Part shown: piece after piece, positions 1 through 9,504 of the stretch
Numbering within the stretch: the first letter of the stretch is position 1
Layout of the letters: each line of letters opens with the position of its first letter
NCBI GenBank assembly: GCA_905215695.1
Contig: CAJMQN010000006.1
Span: 60,726 to 124,725, forward strand
Length of the DNA: 64,000 bases
Direction: 5' to 3'
Source of the DNA: an uncultured bacterium
Lineage (GTDB): Bacteria; Bacillota; Clostridia; Christensenellales; HGM11417
The notes under the pieces: model-generated
The model's database searches: none
What the model was told of the DNA's origin: nothing
The model's input: only the letters and a program-made list of their open reading frames with translations
Translations under genes and position numbers: made by a program

Positions 1-293
1 AAGGACGGAGAATCGTCGCAGTGGGGACGACCTCGTTGCGCACGCTGGAGTCCGCGGCGGACGAAAACGGAATCCTGCACGCGGGGAAGGGGGAGACTTC
101 GATTTTTATCTACCCGCCCTACAGATTCAAGTTTGCGGACGCGCTCGTGACAAATTTTCACCTGCCCGAATCCACGCTCATTATGCTCGTGTCCGCCCTC
201 GTCGGGCGGGAAAAGACGCTTGCGCTCTACGACCTCGCGGTTCGGGAAAGATACCGATTTTTCTCCTTCGGCGACGCGATGATGGTCATATAA
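1..293 (+). CDS. queA: S-adenosylmethionine:tRNA ribosyltransferase-isomerase QueA, C-terminal fragment (5' end lies outside the window)
   Basis: The frame is open from the window edge (codons from nt 3). Translation ..[43 protein letters not shown] matches the conserved QueA C-terminus. It is followed by tgt, the usual neighbour. Confidence 0.85.
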   Translation, partial: GRRIVAVGTTSLRTLESAADENGILHAGKGETSIFIYPPYRFKFADALVTNFHLPESTLIMLVSALVGREKTLALYDLAVRERYRFFSFGDAMMVI

Positions 294-431
294 CCGTCGA
301 AATACGGTGTTGCGCTGTGGCAACCCTCAGTCATTTGCGTTTTAGTAAACTCCTTCGGGTTATCCTCGCGCGCCTTGTCTTTCTCGGTTCTATGCCCCTC
401 ATGGGAACGGGCTATATAGATTTATGAATAA

Positions 432-1556
<1,125 letters not shown>

Positions 1557-1618
1557 TATTGTTGCAAATTCGGGAAAATTAGGGTAAACTATTGAGTATC
1601 ACGCAAGGAGATTTCCAT

Positions 1619-2071
1619 ATGTTGAGTTTATTGTTTGCTGAAGAAAATCCGACGAATTGGGGTTCTATCATTCTGATTGTCGTCCTCATCGTCGCATTTG
1701 TGGGTCTGATCTGGTTCTCGAGCTATTCGCAGAAGAAGAAACAGAAACAGGCTGCCGAGATGAACAACGCCCTGAAGGTGGGCGACCGCGTCAAGAGCAT
1801 CGGCGGAATCGTCGGCGTCATCGTGGGCGTGGACGAGGAGAACGGAAACTTCGAAATTCAGACCGGCACGACCACTATGGTGCTCGACCGCAACGCCGTC
1901 TATCCGCTCGCGTACTTCGACGCGCAGAACGCCAAGCCCGCGGGAAAAGCCGTGCCTGCCGAGGAGCCCGCTCCTGCGGAAATTCCCGAAGACACTGCGG
2001 AACAGCCCGCCGAAGAGACTCCCGCCGAGGAGAAAAAGCCTGAATCGGAAGATGCTCCGAAAGAGGAATAA
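1619..2071 (+). CDS. yajC: preprotein translocase subunit YajC with a long acidic Pro/Glu/Ala-rich C-terminal tail
   Basis: ATG at 1619 sits 8 nt after aaggag, so the track start at 1592 is unlikely. It has a single TM segment (IILIVVLIVAFVGLIWF), then the YajC core QKKKQK..LKVGDRVKSIGGIVGVIVGV. It sits after tgt, as in many bacteria. Confidence 0.85.
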   Translation: MLSLLFAEENPTNWGSIILIVVLIVAFVGLIWFSSYSQKKKQKQAAEMNNALKVGDRVKSIGGIVGVIVGVDEENGNFEIQTGTTTMVLDRNAVYPLAYFDAQNAKPAGKAVPAEEPAPAEIPEDTAEQPAEETPAEEKKPESEDAPKEE

Positions 2072-2128
2072 TTGAAGAAGTAACCTCATAGCTTATGTAT
2101 CAGGAATACAAAGTTGTGAGGTTTTTTT

Positions 2129-2503
2129 ATGGAAAATATCAAGTCGAAGAGCGCACTCGAGGTATTGAAAACCGTCCTCATCGCGGTAATTCTAAACCTT
2201 GCGTTCGTTTTGCTGTTCGCCGCGCTCTTAAAGGTACTCACGCTTTCGGACGGGGCGATTAAGATCGTCAATCAGGTCGCGAAGGTTGTCATCATTCTCG
2301 TCTCCTGTCTCGTCTCCGTCAAGAGCGGAAAAGCGCTCTGGAAGTGCGCTGTTGCGGGTTTTGTCGTGATGGTGCTCTCCTATTTCATCTTCAATCTGCT
2401 CTCGCACGGCGCGATTGTGTTTCTGTCCCTGCTGACCGAGGCAATCTTCGGACTGGTCGTCGGTATCATCAGCGGCGTTATTGTCGCAATGATTCGCAAA
2501 TAG
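2129..2503 (+). CDS. small integral membrane protein (4 predicted TM segments, YrzE/TIGR04086-like by context)
   Basis: 124-aa ORF that is hydrophobic throughout. Its position between yajC and the SCIFF pair is common in Clostridia. The family name is from memory only. Confidence 0.6.
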   Translation: MENIKSKSALEVLKTVLIAVILNLAFVLLFAALLKVLTLSDGAIKIVNQVAKVVIILVSCLVSVKSGKALWKCAVAGFVVMVLSYFIFNLLSHGAIVFLSLLTEAIFGLVVGIISGVIVAMIRK

Positions 2504-2516
2504 TTCGGAAAATCGC

Positions 2517-2545
2517 TTGATTAACCGCCGCGAATGTTGTATAAT
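2517..2545 (+). promoter_or_regulatory. candidate sigma-A promoter for the SCIFF precursor
   Basis: ttgatt (2517-2522), a 17-nt spacer, then tataat (2540-2545). Confidence 0.4.
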
Positions 2546-2652
2546 GTTCTCAAGAAATGTTTGAACCCGAAGGGCTCAAGAACATTTCGACGGAACATTA
2601 CACGAAGTATAATGTTTCCGTTAAGTAAAATTTAAACCTTTCGGAGGATATT

Positions 2653-2820
2653 ATGAAAAAATTTGTGACGATCTCCAAGTCCTGTATCAGAAACGGCGCC
2701 GATACCGGCTGCGGCGAGTGCAGATCGAGCTGTCAGTCCGCCTGCAAGACGAGCTGCACCGTGGGCAATCAGTCCTGCGAGAATGCAAGAGCGACCAAGA
2801 ATCAGGAAATCAAAGGCTAA
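2653..2820 (+). CDS. scfA: six-cysteine ranthipeptide precursor SCIFF (55 aa, not in the supplied ORF track)
   Basis: ATG at 2653 sits 5 nt after ggagg (2643-2647). Translation is MKKFVTISKSCIRNGADTGCGECRSSCQSACKTSCTVGNQSCENARATKNQEIKG. The core GCGEC..SCQSACKTSCTVGNQ.CEN is the SCIFF signature. A radical SAM/SPASM maturase gene follows directly. Confidence 0.9.
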   Translation: MKKFVTISKSCIRNGADTGCGECRSSCQSACKTSCTVGNQSCENARATKNQEIKG

Positions 2821-2837
2821 ATTCGAAAGAGGACGGT

Positions 2838-2868
2838 AGAGCAGTAACTTTGGTTACTGCTCTTTTTT
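2838..2868 (+). terminator. intrinsic terminator/attenuator hairpin between the SCIFF precursor and its maturase
   Basis: Stem agagcagtaac (2838-2848), loop tttg, stem gttactgctct (2853-2863), then ttttt (2864-2868). It ends 5 nt before the maturase ATG. Confidence 0.6.
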
Positions 2869-2873
2869 GAGTG

Positions 2874-4199
2874 ATGGTACATACTTTTACAATAGACGGA
2901 AAATATTTGGTATTCGACGTGGAGAGCGGAAGTCTCCACCTCTGTGACGAGCCTTCCTACCGCGTGATCCGGCATCTCTGCGGGCAGGGAGACTTAAAGG
3001 GCGTTTCCAAGAGCGACCGTGAGGCAGCGATGGAGGACATTGAATTTCTGAAATATCAGAAATGTCTCTTTAGCCCGCCCGTCAAGGCGGAGATGGACGT
3101 CGAACCCGGCGAAATCAAGGCGCTTTGCCTGCACATTTCCCACGACTGCAACCTCGCGTGCACCTACTGTTTCGCGGGGGGCGGAAACTACTGCGGAGAA
3201 AAGGGGAATATGCCCCTCGAGGTCGCGAAAGCCGCGGTCGATTTTCTCATGCAAAAGAGCGGGAAGATTAAAAATCTCGAGATGGATTTCTTCGGCGGCG
3301 AGCCGCTTTTAAACCTCGGCGTGGTCAAAGAGACGGTGGAGTACGCGAAAGCGCGCGCGGCAGAGCAGGGCAAGAATATCAAGTTCACGCTCACCACAAA
3401 CACCCTTCTTTTGGACGACGAGACGACGAAGTTTTTGAACGAGGAAATGGACAACGTGGTGCTCTCCATCGACGGCAGACCGGAGGTGCACGACGCCGTC
3501 AGAAAGACCCGGAACGGAAAGGGGAGTTTTGCGCCCGTCCTCGAGCACTGCAAGAGATTCCGCGCGGTGCGCGGGGACAAGAGCTACTACGTGCGGGGGA
3601 CGTTCACGGCGAAGAACCTCGATTTCGCGGAGGACGTGCTCTTCTTAAACGATCAGGGGTTTGACCAAATTTCGATAGAGCCCGTCGTATTGGACGCAGG
3701 GGATCCGCTCGCGCTCTCGGAGGAGCATCTCGAAAAGATTAAATCCGAATACGAGCGGCTCGCGATCGAATACGTCAAGCGGCGCAGGACGGACAAGTGG
3801 TTTAATTTCTTCCACTTTATGATAGACTTAAAGGGCGGTCCCTGTCTGAAAAAGCGTCTGACCGGGTGCGGTGCGGGCAACAACTATCTCGCGGTCACCC
3901 CGAACGGAAATATTTATCCCTGCCACCGCTTCGCGGAGAACCTCGAGTACAAGCTCGGAAACGTGTTCGAGGGGACGCTCGACCACGAATTGCGGGCGAA
4001 GTTCTCGCATTCCAATCTTTTGACAAAGCCGGATTGCGAGGGGTGTTTCGCCAAGTATATCTGTAGCGGCGGTTGCGCGGCGAATTCCATTTTCCAATGC
4101 GGGGACATCAACAAGCCCTACAAACTCTCCTGTGAGATGATGAGAAAGCGTACCGAATGCGCGCTTTACGTCTATGCGATGGAGCACAACGGAAACTGA
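2874..4199 (+). CDS. scfB: SCIFF radical SAM/SPASM maturase (thioether cross-link forming)
   Basis: The N-terminus MVHTFTIDGKYLVFDVESGSLHLCDE is typical of the family. It has the radical SAM motif CNLACTYC, and a C-terminal SPASM Cys cluster (GCGAG..YPCH..CEGCFAKYICSGGCAA). It lies adjacent to scfA. The track start GTG 2871 is one codon upstream. Confidence 0.9.
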   Translation: MVHTFTIDGKYLVFDVESGSLHLCDEPSYRVIRHLCGQGDLKGVSKSDREAAMEDIEFLKYQKCLFSPPVKAEMDVEPGEIKALCLHISHDCNLACTYCFAGGGNYCGEKGNMPLEVAKAAVDFLMQKSGKIKNLEMDFFGGEPLLNLGVVKETVEYAKARAAEQGKNIKFTLTTNTLLLDDETTKFLNEEMDNVVLSIDGRPEVHDAVRKTRNGKGSFAPVLEHCKRFRAVRGDKSYYVRGTFTAKNLDFAEDVLFLNDQGFDQISIEPVVLDAGDPLALSEEHLEKIKSEYERLAIEYVKRRRTDKWFNFFHFMIDLKGGPCLKKRLTGCGAGNNYLAVTPNGNIYPCHRFAENLEYKLGNVFEGTLDHELRAKFSHSNLLTKPDCEGCFAKYICSGGCAANSIFQCGDINKPYKLSCEMMRKRTECALYVYAMEHNGN

Positions 4200-4212
4200 T
4201 TCGGAGGCGGAA

Positions 4213-4728
4213 ATGAAGGAAGAGGCTGCGGGCTGTGTCCCGAAGATTGCAAAGACCGCGGCGCTGCATAAGCTGTGCTACGTTTCGGGCGAAGTGGAAA
4301 TCTGCGACCGCGCGAGCGTTTGGCCCTTTGCGGTACTGCGCGGGGATGCCGAAAAGATTACGGTCGGCGAGTGCTCAAACGTACAGGACAACGCCGTCCT
4401 GCACGCGAGCGCGGGACATCCGGTCGTTCTCGGAAAATACGTTTCGGTGGGGCACGGCGCGATTGTGCACGGCGCGGAGGTGGAGGACTGCACCGTCGTC
4501 GGCATGGGTGCGATCGTTCTCGACGGCGCGCATGTGGGCAAGGGCTGTATCGTCGGCGCAGGGTGCGTGATTCCTTCGGGAAAGCGGATTCCCGACTACA
4601 GTGTCGTCGTCGGAAATCCGTATCGCGTCCTTCGGAACGCCGACGCCACCGAGGCAGAGGACAACCGCCGCAACGCAAAGCACTATGTCGAACTCTCCGA
4701 AAGTTTCCGCGGCGCGGATTTTTTGTGA
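4213..4728 (+). CDS. gamma-carbonic-anhydrase-like / hexapeptide-repeat (LbH) family protein
   Basis: ATG at 4213 follows ggaggcgg. It has left-handed beta-helix hexapeptide repeats (VGHGAIVHGAEVEDCTVVGMGAIVLDGAHVGKGCIVGAGCVI) and His residues placed as in gamma-CA/YrdA proteins. Confidence 0.8.
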   Translation: MKEEAAGCVPKIAKTAALHKLCYVSGEVEICDRASVWPFAVLRGDAEKITVGECSNVQDNAVLHASAGHPVVLGKYVSVGHGAIVHGAEVEDCTVVGMGAIVLDGAHVGKGCIVGAGCVIPSGKRIPDYSVVVGNPYRVLRNADATEAEDNRRNAKHYVELSESFRGADFL

Positions 4729-4786
4729 AAACTCGGTGAATTTTTTGCGCGAAGAGGAAAATTTTGCAAAAAGTTCGCTGGAATTA

Positions 4787-4815
4787 TTGACGAAAAAGGG
4801 TTTGTCCTTTATAAT
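4787..4815 (+). promoter_or_regulatory. candidate sigma-A promoter for secDF
   Basis: ttgacg (4787-4792), a 17-nt spacer, then tataat (4810-4815), about 40 nt upstream of the secD RBS aaggagg. Confidence 0.45.
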
Positions 4816-4857
4816 GATTAAGATACTGTTCAGGTGTTACTTTAAGGAGGTTGCGGC

Positions 4858-6174
4858 ATGAAGAAGAAAAAGAAAGCAAGCCGGGGGAGGTCAATCTTCG
4901 GATTGGCTGTGATCGGCGTGCTTATCATCACCGCTTCGATTTTTACGTTTATCACATTTACCTTCGGCGCAGTGGGACAACACAAGTACGTTTCGGTCGT
5001 CGGTGCGATCAAGCTTGGCATTGACCTGAAGGGCGGCGTCTATAACGTCATGGAAGTCATTCCCGACGAGGATATGGACAACGACACTTTGGTCGCGAAT
5101 ATCGAGGGGTCCATGAAGATTATTTCGGACCGTCTCTCCGCGAAGGGCTATACCGAGGCGACCGTTCAGATGCAGCAGTCCGGCGGTACTTACTTTATCC
5201 GCGTGGAGGTGCCGGACGTGGACGAGCCCTCCGAACTATTCGACCTCATCGGAAAACCTGCGCAGTTACAGTTCAAATCCGGCGACGAAGTCATCATCAA
5301 GGGTTCCAACGTAAAGAAGGCTTACGCCTCCTACGACTCGGACGGCAAGCCCTGCGTACAGCTCGAGCTTGACGAAGAGGGAACCAAGAAGTTTGCGGAC
5401 TTCACCACCGAAGCGGCGGGAAACAACGGAACGCTCGACATCGTTCTCGACGGCGAGACGATTTCTTCGCCGACGGTCTCCGTTGCAATCACCAACGGCA
5501 AGCCGCAGATTACCGGCAACTATACTTGGGAATCCGCGACGGACTTCGCCCTACAGTTGCAGAGCGGCTCGCTCGCAGTCAAGTTTAAGGACAGTGAGCC
5601 GGGCGTTATCTCCGCGACCCTCGGCGAGAACGCCATTCAGGCAGGTCTCTGGGCAGGCGTCATCGGTCTCGTGCTCGTCATGATCTTCATGGCGGTCTAT
5701 TATAAGGGACTCGGGCTTGCGGCGGATATTTCGCTCATTATCTATGTGCTCATCGTACTGTTTTTGATGAGTCAGCTCCCTTGGGTGCAGCTCACTCTCC
5801 CGGGTATCGCCGGCGTTATCCTCGGTATCGGTATGGCGGTTGACGGAAACGTCATCATCTTTGAGAGAATCAAGGACGAATATAAGATCGGAAAGACGCC
5901 GAAAGCCGCGAGGCTTTCCGGATTCCGCAGAGCGAGCGCGGCGATTTGGGACGCGAACATCACCACGATGATTGCGGCGGTCGTCCTGTGGATTCTCGGA
6001 ACGGGTTCGATTCAGGGCTTCGCGATCACGCTTGCGCTCTCCATCGTCGTCTCCGTGTTCTGTTCGCTCGTCATCACGCGCGGAATTACAAAGCTGTTCT
6101 ATAATATCGGAAACAGGAACGTCAAGTTCTATGGCCTGAAGAGGGATCCGGAGGTGCTCGAAGATGTCGAATAA
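4858..6174 (+). CDS. secD: protein translocase subunit SecD
   Basis: 438 aa with an N-terminal TM segment, a large extracytoplasmic domain and a C-terminal 5-6 TM block containing GIGMAVDGNVIIFERIKDE. It overlaps secF by 11 nt. Confidence 0.95.
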   Translation: MKKKKKASRGRSIFGLAVIGVLIITASIFTFITFTFGAVGQHKYVSVVGAIKLGIDLKGGVYNVMEVIPDEDMDNDTLVANIEGSMKIISDRLSAKGYTEATVQMQQSGGTYFIRVEVPDVDEPSELFDLIGKPAQLQFKSGDEVIIKGSNVKKAYASYDSDGKPCVQLELDEEGTKKFADFTTEAAGNNGTLDIVLDGETISSPTVSVAITNGKPQITGNYTWESATDFALQLQSGSLAVKFKDSEPGVISATLGENAIQAGLWAGVIGLVLVMIFMAVYYKGLGLAADISLIIYVLIVLFLMSQLPWVQLTLPGIAGVILGIGMAVDGNVIIFERIKDEYKIGKTPKAARLSGFRRASAAIWDANITTMIAAVVLWILGTGSIQGFAITLALSIVVSVFCSLVITRGITKLFYNIGNRNVKFYGLKRDPEVLEDVE

Positions 6175-7192
6175 TCCCGAAGTCAAGAACTTCAAGCTCG
6201 TAGAGAAATATAAAATTTGGTACTCCATCTCCGCGGCGGTGCTCGCGGTGGGAATCATCTTCGCCGTGATTTTTGCCTGCCTCGGGCAGGGGGTGTTCAA
6301 CCTCGGTATTGATTTCACCGGCGGCACGAACCTCTCGATTACCATCGGGAGTGAGTTCAACGAGGCGGGAAACAAGGAAAAGGTGACCGAATACCTCGAG
6401 GACCAACTCGCGGAACTCGGCGTCACCAATCACGACGCCATTCAGTACACGGGCTCCGGGCTCTCTGCCGGACTCTCGGTGACCTTCGGGACCATCGAGG
6501 GCAAGGAGCTTGCGGACATTACCGATTTCTTCACCAACAGCGAGACGGAGGGCGGTTTCTATCAGGGACTTGTCGCACTGCTTGGGGAAAATTACGACAC
6601 GGACAACTTGCAGATTTCTCCCCAATCCATCAGCGCGAAGGCGTCTTCAAACCTCCTACAGACCACGATTTTGAGTTTGGTCATCGCGGTATTTTTGATT
6701 CTTGTCTATATCACGATTCGGTTTGAAATGCTCTCGGGCTTTGTCGCGGTGCTCGCGCTCGTACACGATGCGCTCATCGTCTGTGCCTTCATGGCAATCC
6801 TGCGCATTCCCATCAATGCGCCCTTCATCGCCGCGCTGATTACCATCATCGGTTATTCCATCAATGCGACCATCGTCATCTTCGACCGTATCCGCGAAAA
6901 CTGCAAGAAACTTTCTCTCAAGCAGTTCTCCGCGCACGACATTGCGAACCTCTCCATTAAAGAGACGATGACGCGCTCGATCAACACGACGATTACGACG
7001 CTGTTCACCATCGTGGTGCTCGCGTGCTTCCCGATTCCCGACATGCGGAACTTTGCGATTCCGATTATCATCGGTCTCCTTGCGGGTACGTTCTCCTCGG
7101 TGTTCCTCGCGGGCACGAGCTGGGCGCTCATCCGCGACTATCGGGATAAGAAGAAGGCGCGTTCGGAATATCAGCTCGCGAAAAACAAATAA
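6164..7192 (+). CDS. secF: protein translocase subunit SecF
   Basis: 342 aa with SecF motifs GIDFTGGT and IGYSINATIVIFDRIREN. It is translationally coupled to secD. Confidence 0.95.
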   Translation: MSNNPEVKNFKLVEKYKIWYSISAAVLAVGIIFAVIFACLGQGVFNLGIDFTGGTNLSITIGSEFNEAGNKEKVTEYLEDQLAELGVTNHDAIQYTGSGLSAGLSVTFGTIEGKELADITDFFTNSETEGGFYQGLVALLGENYDTDNLQISPQSISAKASSNLLQTTILSLVIAVFLILVYITIRFEMLSGFVAVLALVHDALIVCAFMAILRIPINAPFIAALITIIGYSINATIVIFDRIRENCKKLSLKQFSAHDIANLSIKETMTRSINTTITTLFTIVVLACFPIPDMRNFAIPIIIGLLAGTFSSVFLAGTSWALIRDYRDKKKARSEYQLAKNK

Positions 7193-7206
7193 GTCACACA
7201 AGGACA

Positions 7207-7238
7207 GAGCCTTCCGAAACCGGGAGGCTCGCCTTTTA
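7207..7238 (+). terminator. possible intrinsic terminator after secF
   Basis: A 10-bp stem gagccttccg/cgggaggctc (one G-T pair), loop aaac, then gcctttta (a weak U-tract). Confidence 0.45.
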
Positions 7239-7253
7239 CGCAAGAGGAAAAAT

Positions 7254-9497
7254 ATGGACGCAAGCGAACTTGCCATGCAACTGAAAATCAGTCCGATTAC
7301 GGCGGAACTGCTCCTCGCGAGGGGGGCGGACACGCCGGAGTCCGCGCGTGCCTTTCTCTATGCGGGATACGAGGACCTCTCCGACCCCTTCGAGATTCCC
7401 GACATGCGGGAGGCGGCGGCACGGATTCGCCGCGCCTGCGAGGCGGGGGAGAGCGTGGTCATCTTCGGGGATTACGACGCGGACGGGATTTCGAGTGTCT
7501 CGATTTTCTATCAGTACCTGACGGACAGGGGCGCGAACGCGCATTGGTATGTTCCCGAGCGGGAGGAGGGCTACGGCTTAAATACCGACGCGGTGGAGTA
7601 CATCGCGGACACCTATCTGCCCGACCTCATCGTCACCTGCGACTGCGGCGTCTCCTCGCACGACGAGGTTGAGTACATAAAGGACCTCGGAATCGAGGTT
7701 ATCGTCACCGACCACCACGAGCTTCCCGAACTTCTTCCGGACTGCCTTGTCGTCAATCCCAAGCGCGGGAACAATCCGGCTACGGCGATGCTCTGCGGCG
7801 CGGGAGTCGTGTTCAAGGTTGTGGAGGCGGCGGAGGGCAGGGAATATGTCAAACGCTTTTTGGACATTGCGGCAATCGCGACGGTGGCGGACAGCGTGCC
7901 GCTGTCGGGCGAGAACCGTATCCTCGTGCGCGAGGGACTCAAGGTCTTAAACTCCGACCTGCGCCCGGGAATTCGCGCGCTACGGGACGTCGCCGGTATC
8001 AAGGAATTCAATTCGAAATCCCTTGCCTTTTCGGTGGTGCCCCGCATCAACGCGGCGGGACGGGTGGGCGCGGCAAAGCGCGCGATCTCCCTCTTCTGCG
8101 GGCAGGACGAGGAGGAAATCCTTTCGACCGCGCAGGAGCTCGACCGCGCCAATTCGGAGCGGCAGTCGGTTTGCGACGCGATTTTAAAGGATATTTTTTC
8201 TTCCGAAGAATTTCGCACACAGGCGGGAACCCGTGCGCTGATTTTGGTCAATCCGCGCTGGCAGTCCGGAATGATCGGCATTGTCGCCTCAAAACTTGCA
8301 GAACGGTTCTGCCGTCCCGTCTTTGTCTTCACCGAGTCCGAGGGCAGTTACAAGGGCTCCGGGCGGAGCGTGGAGGGGGTAAACCTCTTTACCATGCTCC
8401 AATCGATGTCAGACCTCTTTGTCCGCTACGGCGGGCACTCGCAGGCAGCGGGCATGACTTTGCTCCCCGAACGCTACGAAGAGTTCAAAAGCCGGGTGGA
8501 AAGGTATCTTGCGGACTTCCCGCGCTCCTGTTTCCTGCGCGCGGCGAAAGGAGAAATGCCGATTGCGACCGCGGACATCACCCTTGCGCTCTGCCGAGAG
8601 CTCGCGCTCCTCGAGCCCTACGGCGTGGGCAATCGTCAGCCGACCTTTCTCCTGACCGACGACCTTCCGCTCCGTCCCATGAAAAAGCACCCCGCACATT
8701 TTTCGGGCAGTGTGGGACAGGCGGGATTTACCGCCTTCAACGCGGGTCCCCGCAGGCGCTGGCTGTGCTCTCCCTGCAAGAAGGATTACCTTGTCGATCT
8801 ATCGGTAAACGAATACAACAACCGCTGTTCTCCCCGGGCGAACGTGCGCAGCTTTTCGATTCCCTTTGACCGCGCGCAAGCGGACAAGCGGGACGCTGTG
8901 TCCTGGCTCCTCGAAGCCCTGCGCGGGGAAGAATCTCCCGCGCCGCTCACCGCCGCGGAGGTCGCGGAAGCGCTGAAAACGGAGTACGGCGTTCTCGTTC
9001 TCTCCTATGACCTTGCGCACCTGCGCCGTTTCCTTGCCGAGACCGGACTTGACGCGCAGGTTTGCTGTTACGCGGGCAACCGCAACAACGACTCCAAGAT
9101 TCTCTTTTCGCCGGACTCGGATTTCGAGGGCGAGGGATATTCCAAAATCGTCTATCTCGAGCCGCCCGTGCGCGGACGAAAGGGGAGTTTCGGACTCGCG
9201 GAGGAGAAGTACCGCCTGCATATTTCGCTCGAACGCGGGGTGTTCGGCGCATACTTCCGGGCGATTTCGCGGCACCTTGAACGGAGCGCGAAGTTTGAAG
9301 ATGTGCGGGATCTGTATGATATGATCGGCAAGAGGGAAGAATTGGACGAGATTCAGTTTTTCGCATGCCTTTTGACCTTTTTGGAACTCGGTTTTTTCAA
9401 GCTCGAGGAAAATTCGCTATTTTTGATTCGCGGCGTGCGCGCGGAACTCGAACAGTCCGCCTTTTACCGGAGTTTGCGGGACCATCTCGCGGAGTGA
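7254..9497 (+). CDS. recJ: single-stranded-DNA-specific exonuclease RecJ
   Basis: ATG at 7254 gives MDASELAMQLKISPITAELLLARG. It has DHH-family motifs (VIFGDYDADGISS, IVTCDCG, VTDHHE) and the DHHA1 motif GGHSQAAG. The track start at 7053 adds an Arg-rich extension overlapping secF and was rejected. Confidence 0.9.
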   Translation: MDASELAMQLKISPITAELLLARGADTPESARAFLYAGYEDLSDPFEIPDMREAAARIRRACEAGESVVIFGDYDADGISSVSIFYQYLTDRGANAHWYVPEREEGYGLNTDAVEYIADTYLPDLIVTCDCGVSSHDEVEYIKDLGIEVIVTDHHELPELLPDCLVVNPKRGNNPATAMLCGAGVVFKVVEAAEGREYVKRFLDIAAIATVADSVPLSGENRILVREGLKVLNSDLRPGIRALRDVAGIKEFNSKSLAFSVVPRINAAGRVGAAKRAISLFCGQDEEEILSTAQELDRANSERQSVCDAILKDIFSSEEFRTQAGTRALILVNPRWQSGMIGIVASKLAERFCRPVFVFTESEGSYKGSGRSVEGVNLFTMLQSMSDLFVRYGGHSQAAGMTLLPERYEEFKSRVERYLADFPRSCFLRAAKGEMPIATADITLALCRELALLEPYGVGNRQPTFLLTDDLPLRPMKKHPAHFSGSVGQAGFTAFNAGPRRRWLCSPCKKDYLVDLSVNEYNNRCSPRANVRSFSIPFDRAQADKRDAVSWLLEALRGEESPAPLTAAEVAEALKTEYGVLVLSYDLAHLRRFLAETGLDAQVCCYAGNRNNDSKILFSPDSDFEGEGYSKIVYLEPPVRGRKGSFGLAEEKYRLHISLERGVFGAYFRAISRHLERSAKFEDVRDLYDMIGKREELDEIQFFACLLTFLELGFFKLEENSLFLIRGVRAELEQSAFYRSLRDHLAE

Positions 9498-9504
9498 GGA
9501 GAAC

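Noticed and set aside
2082-2128. Terminator after yajC (aacctca ... tgaggtt followed by ttttttt).
   Set aside because: The stem is only 7 bp and encloses a 28-nt loop, which itself contains a small tgtat/ataca stem. The T-run overlaps the 3' arm and runs straight up to the next start codon. It may terminate weakly, but I could not support it as a feature.
7053-7253. N-terminal extensions offered by the ORF track. They affect recJ (7053), hemZ-like (12042), the hypothetical gene (13297), rpsO (14332), the deacetylase (16861), pgsA (23634), recA (25035), rny (26390), the GH genes (28157, 42163), the permease (44166), the surface protein (47564), gfo (56487) and others.
   Set aside because: The extensions overlap upstream genes or terminators, are Arg-rich, and lack an RBS. 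In each case an internal ATG/GTG with a Shine-Dalgarno sequence gives the conserved family N-terminus.
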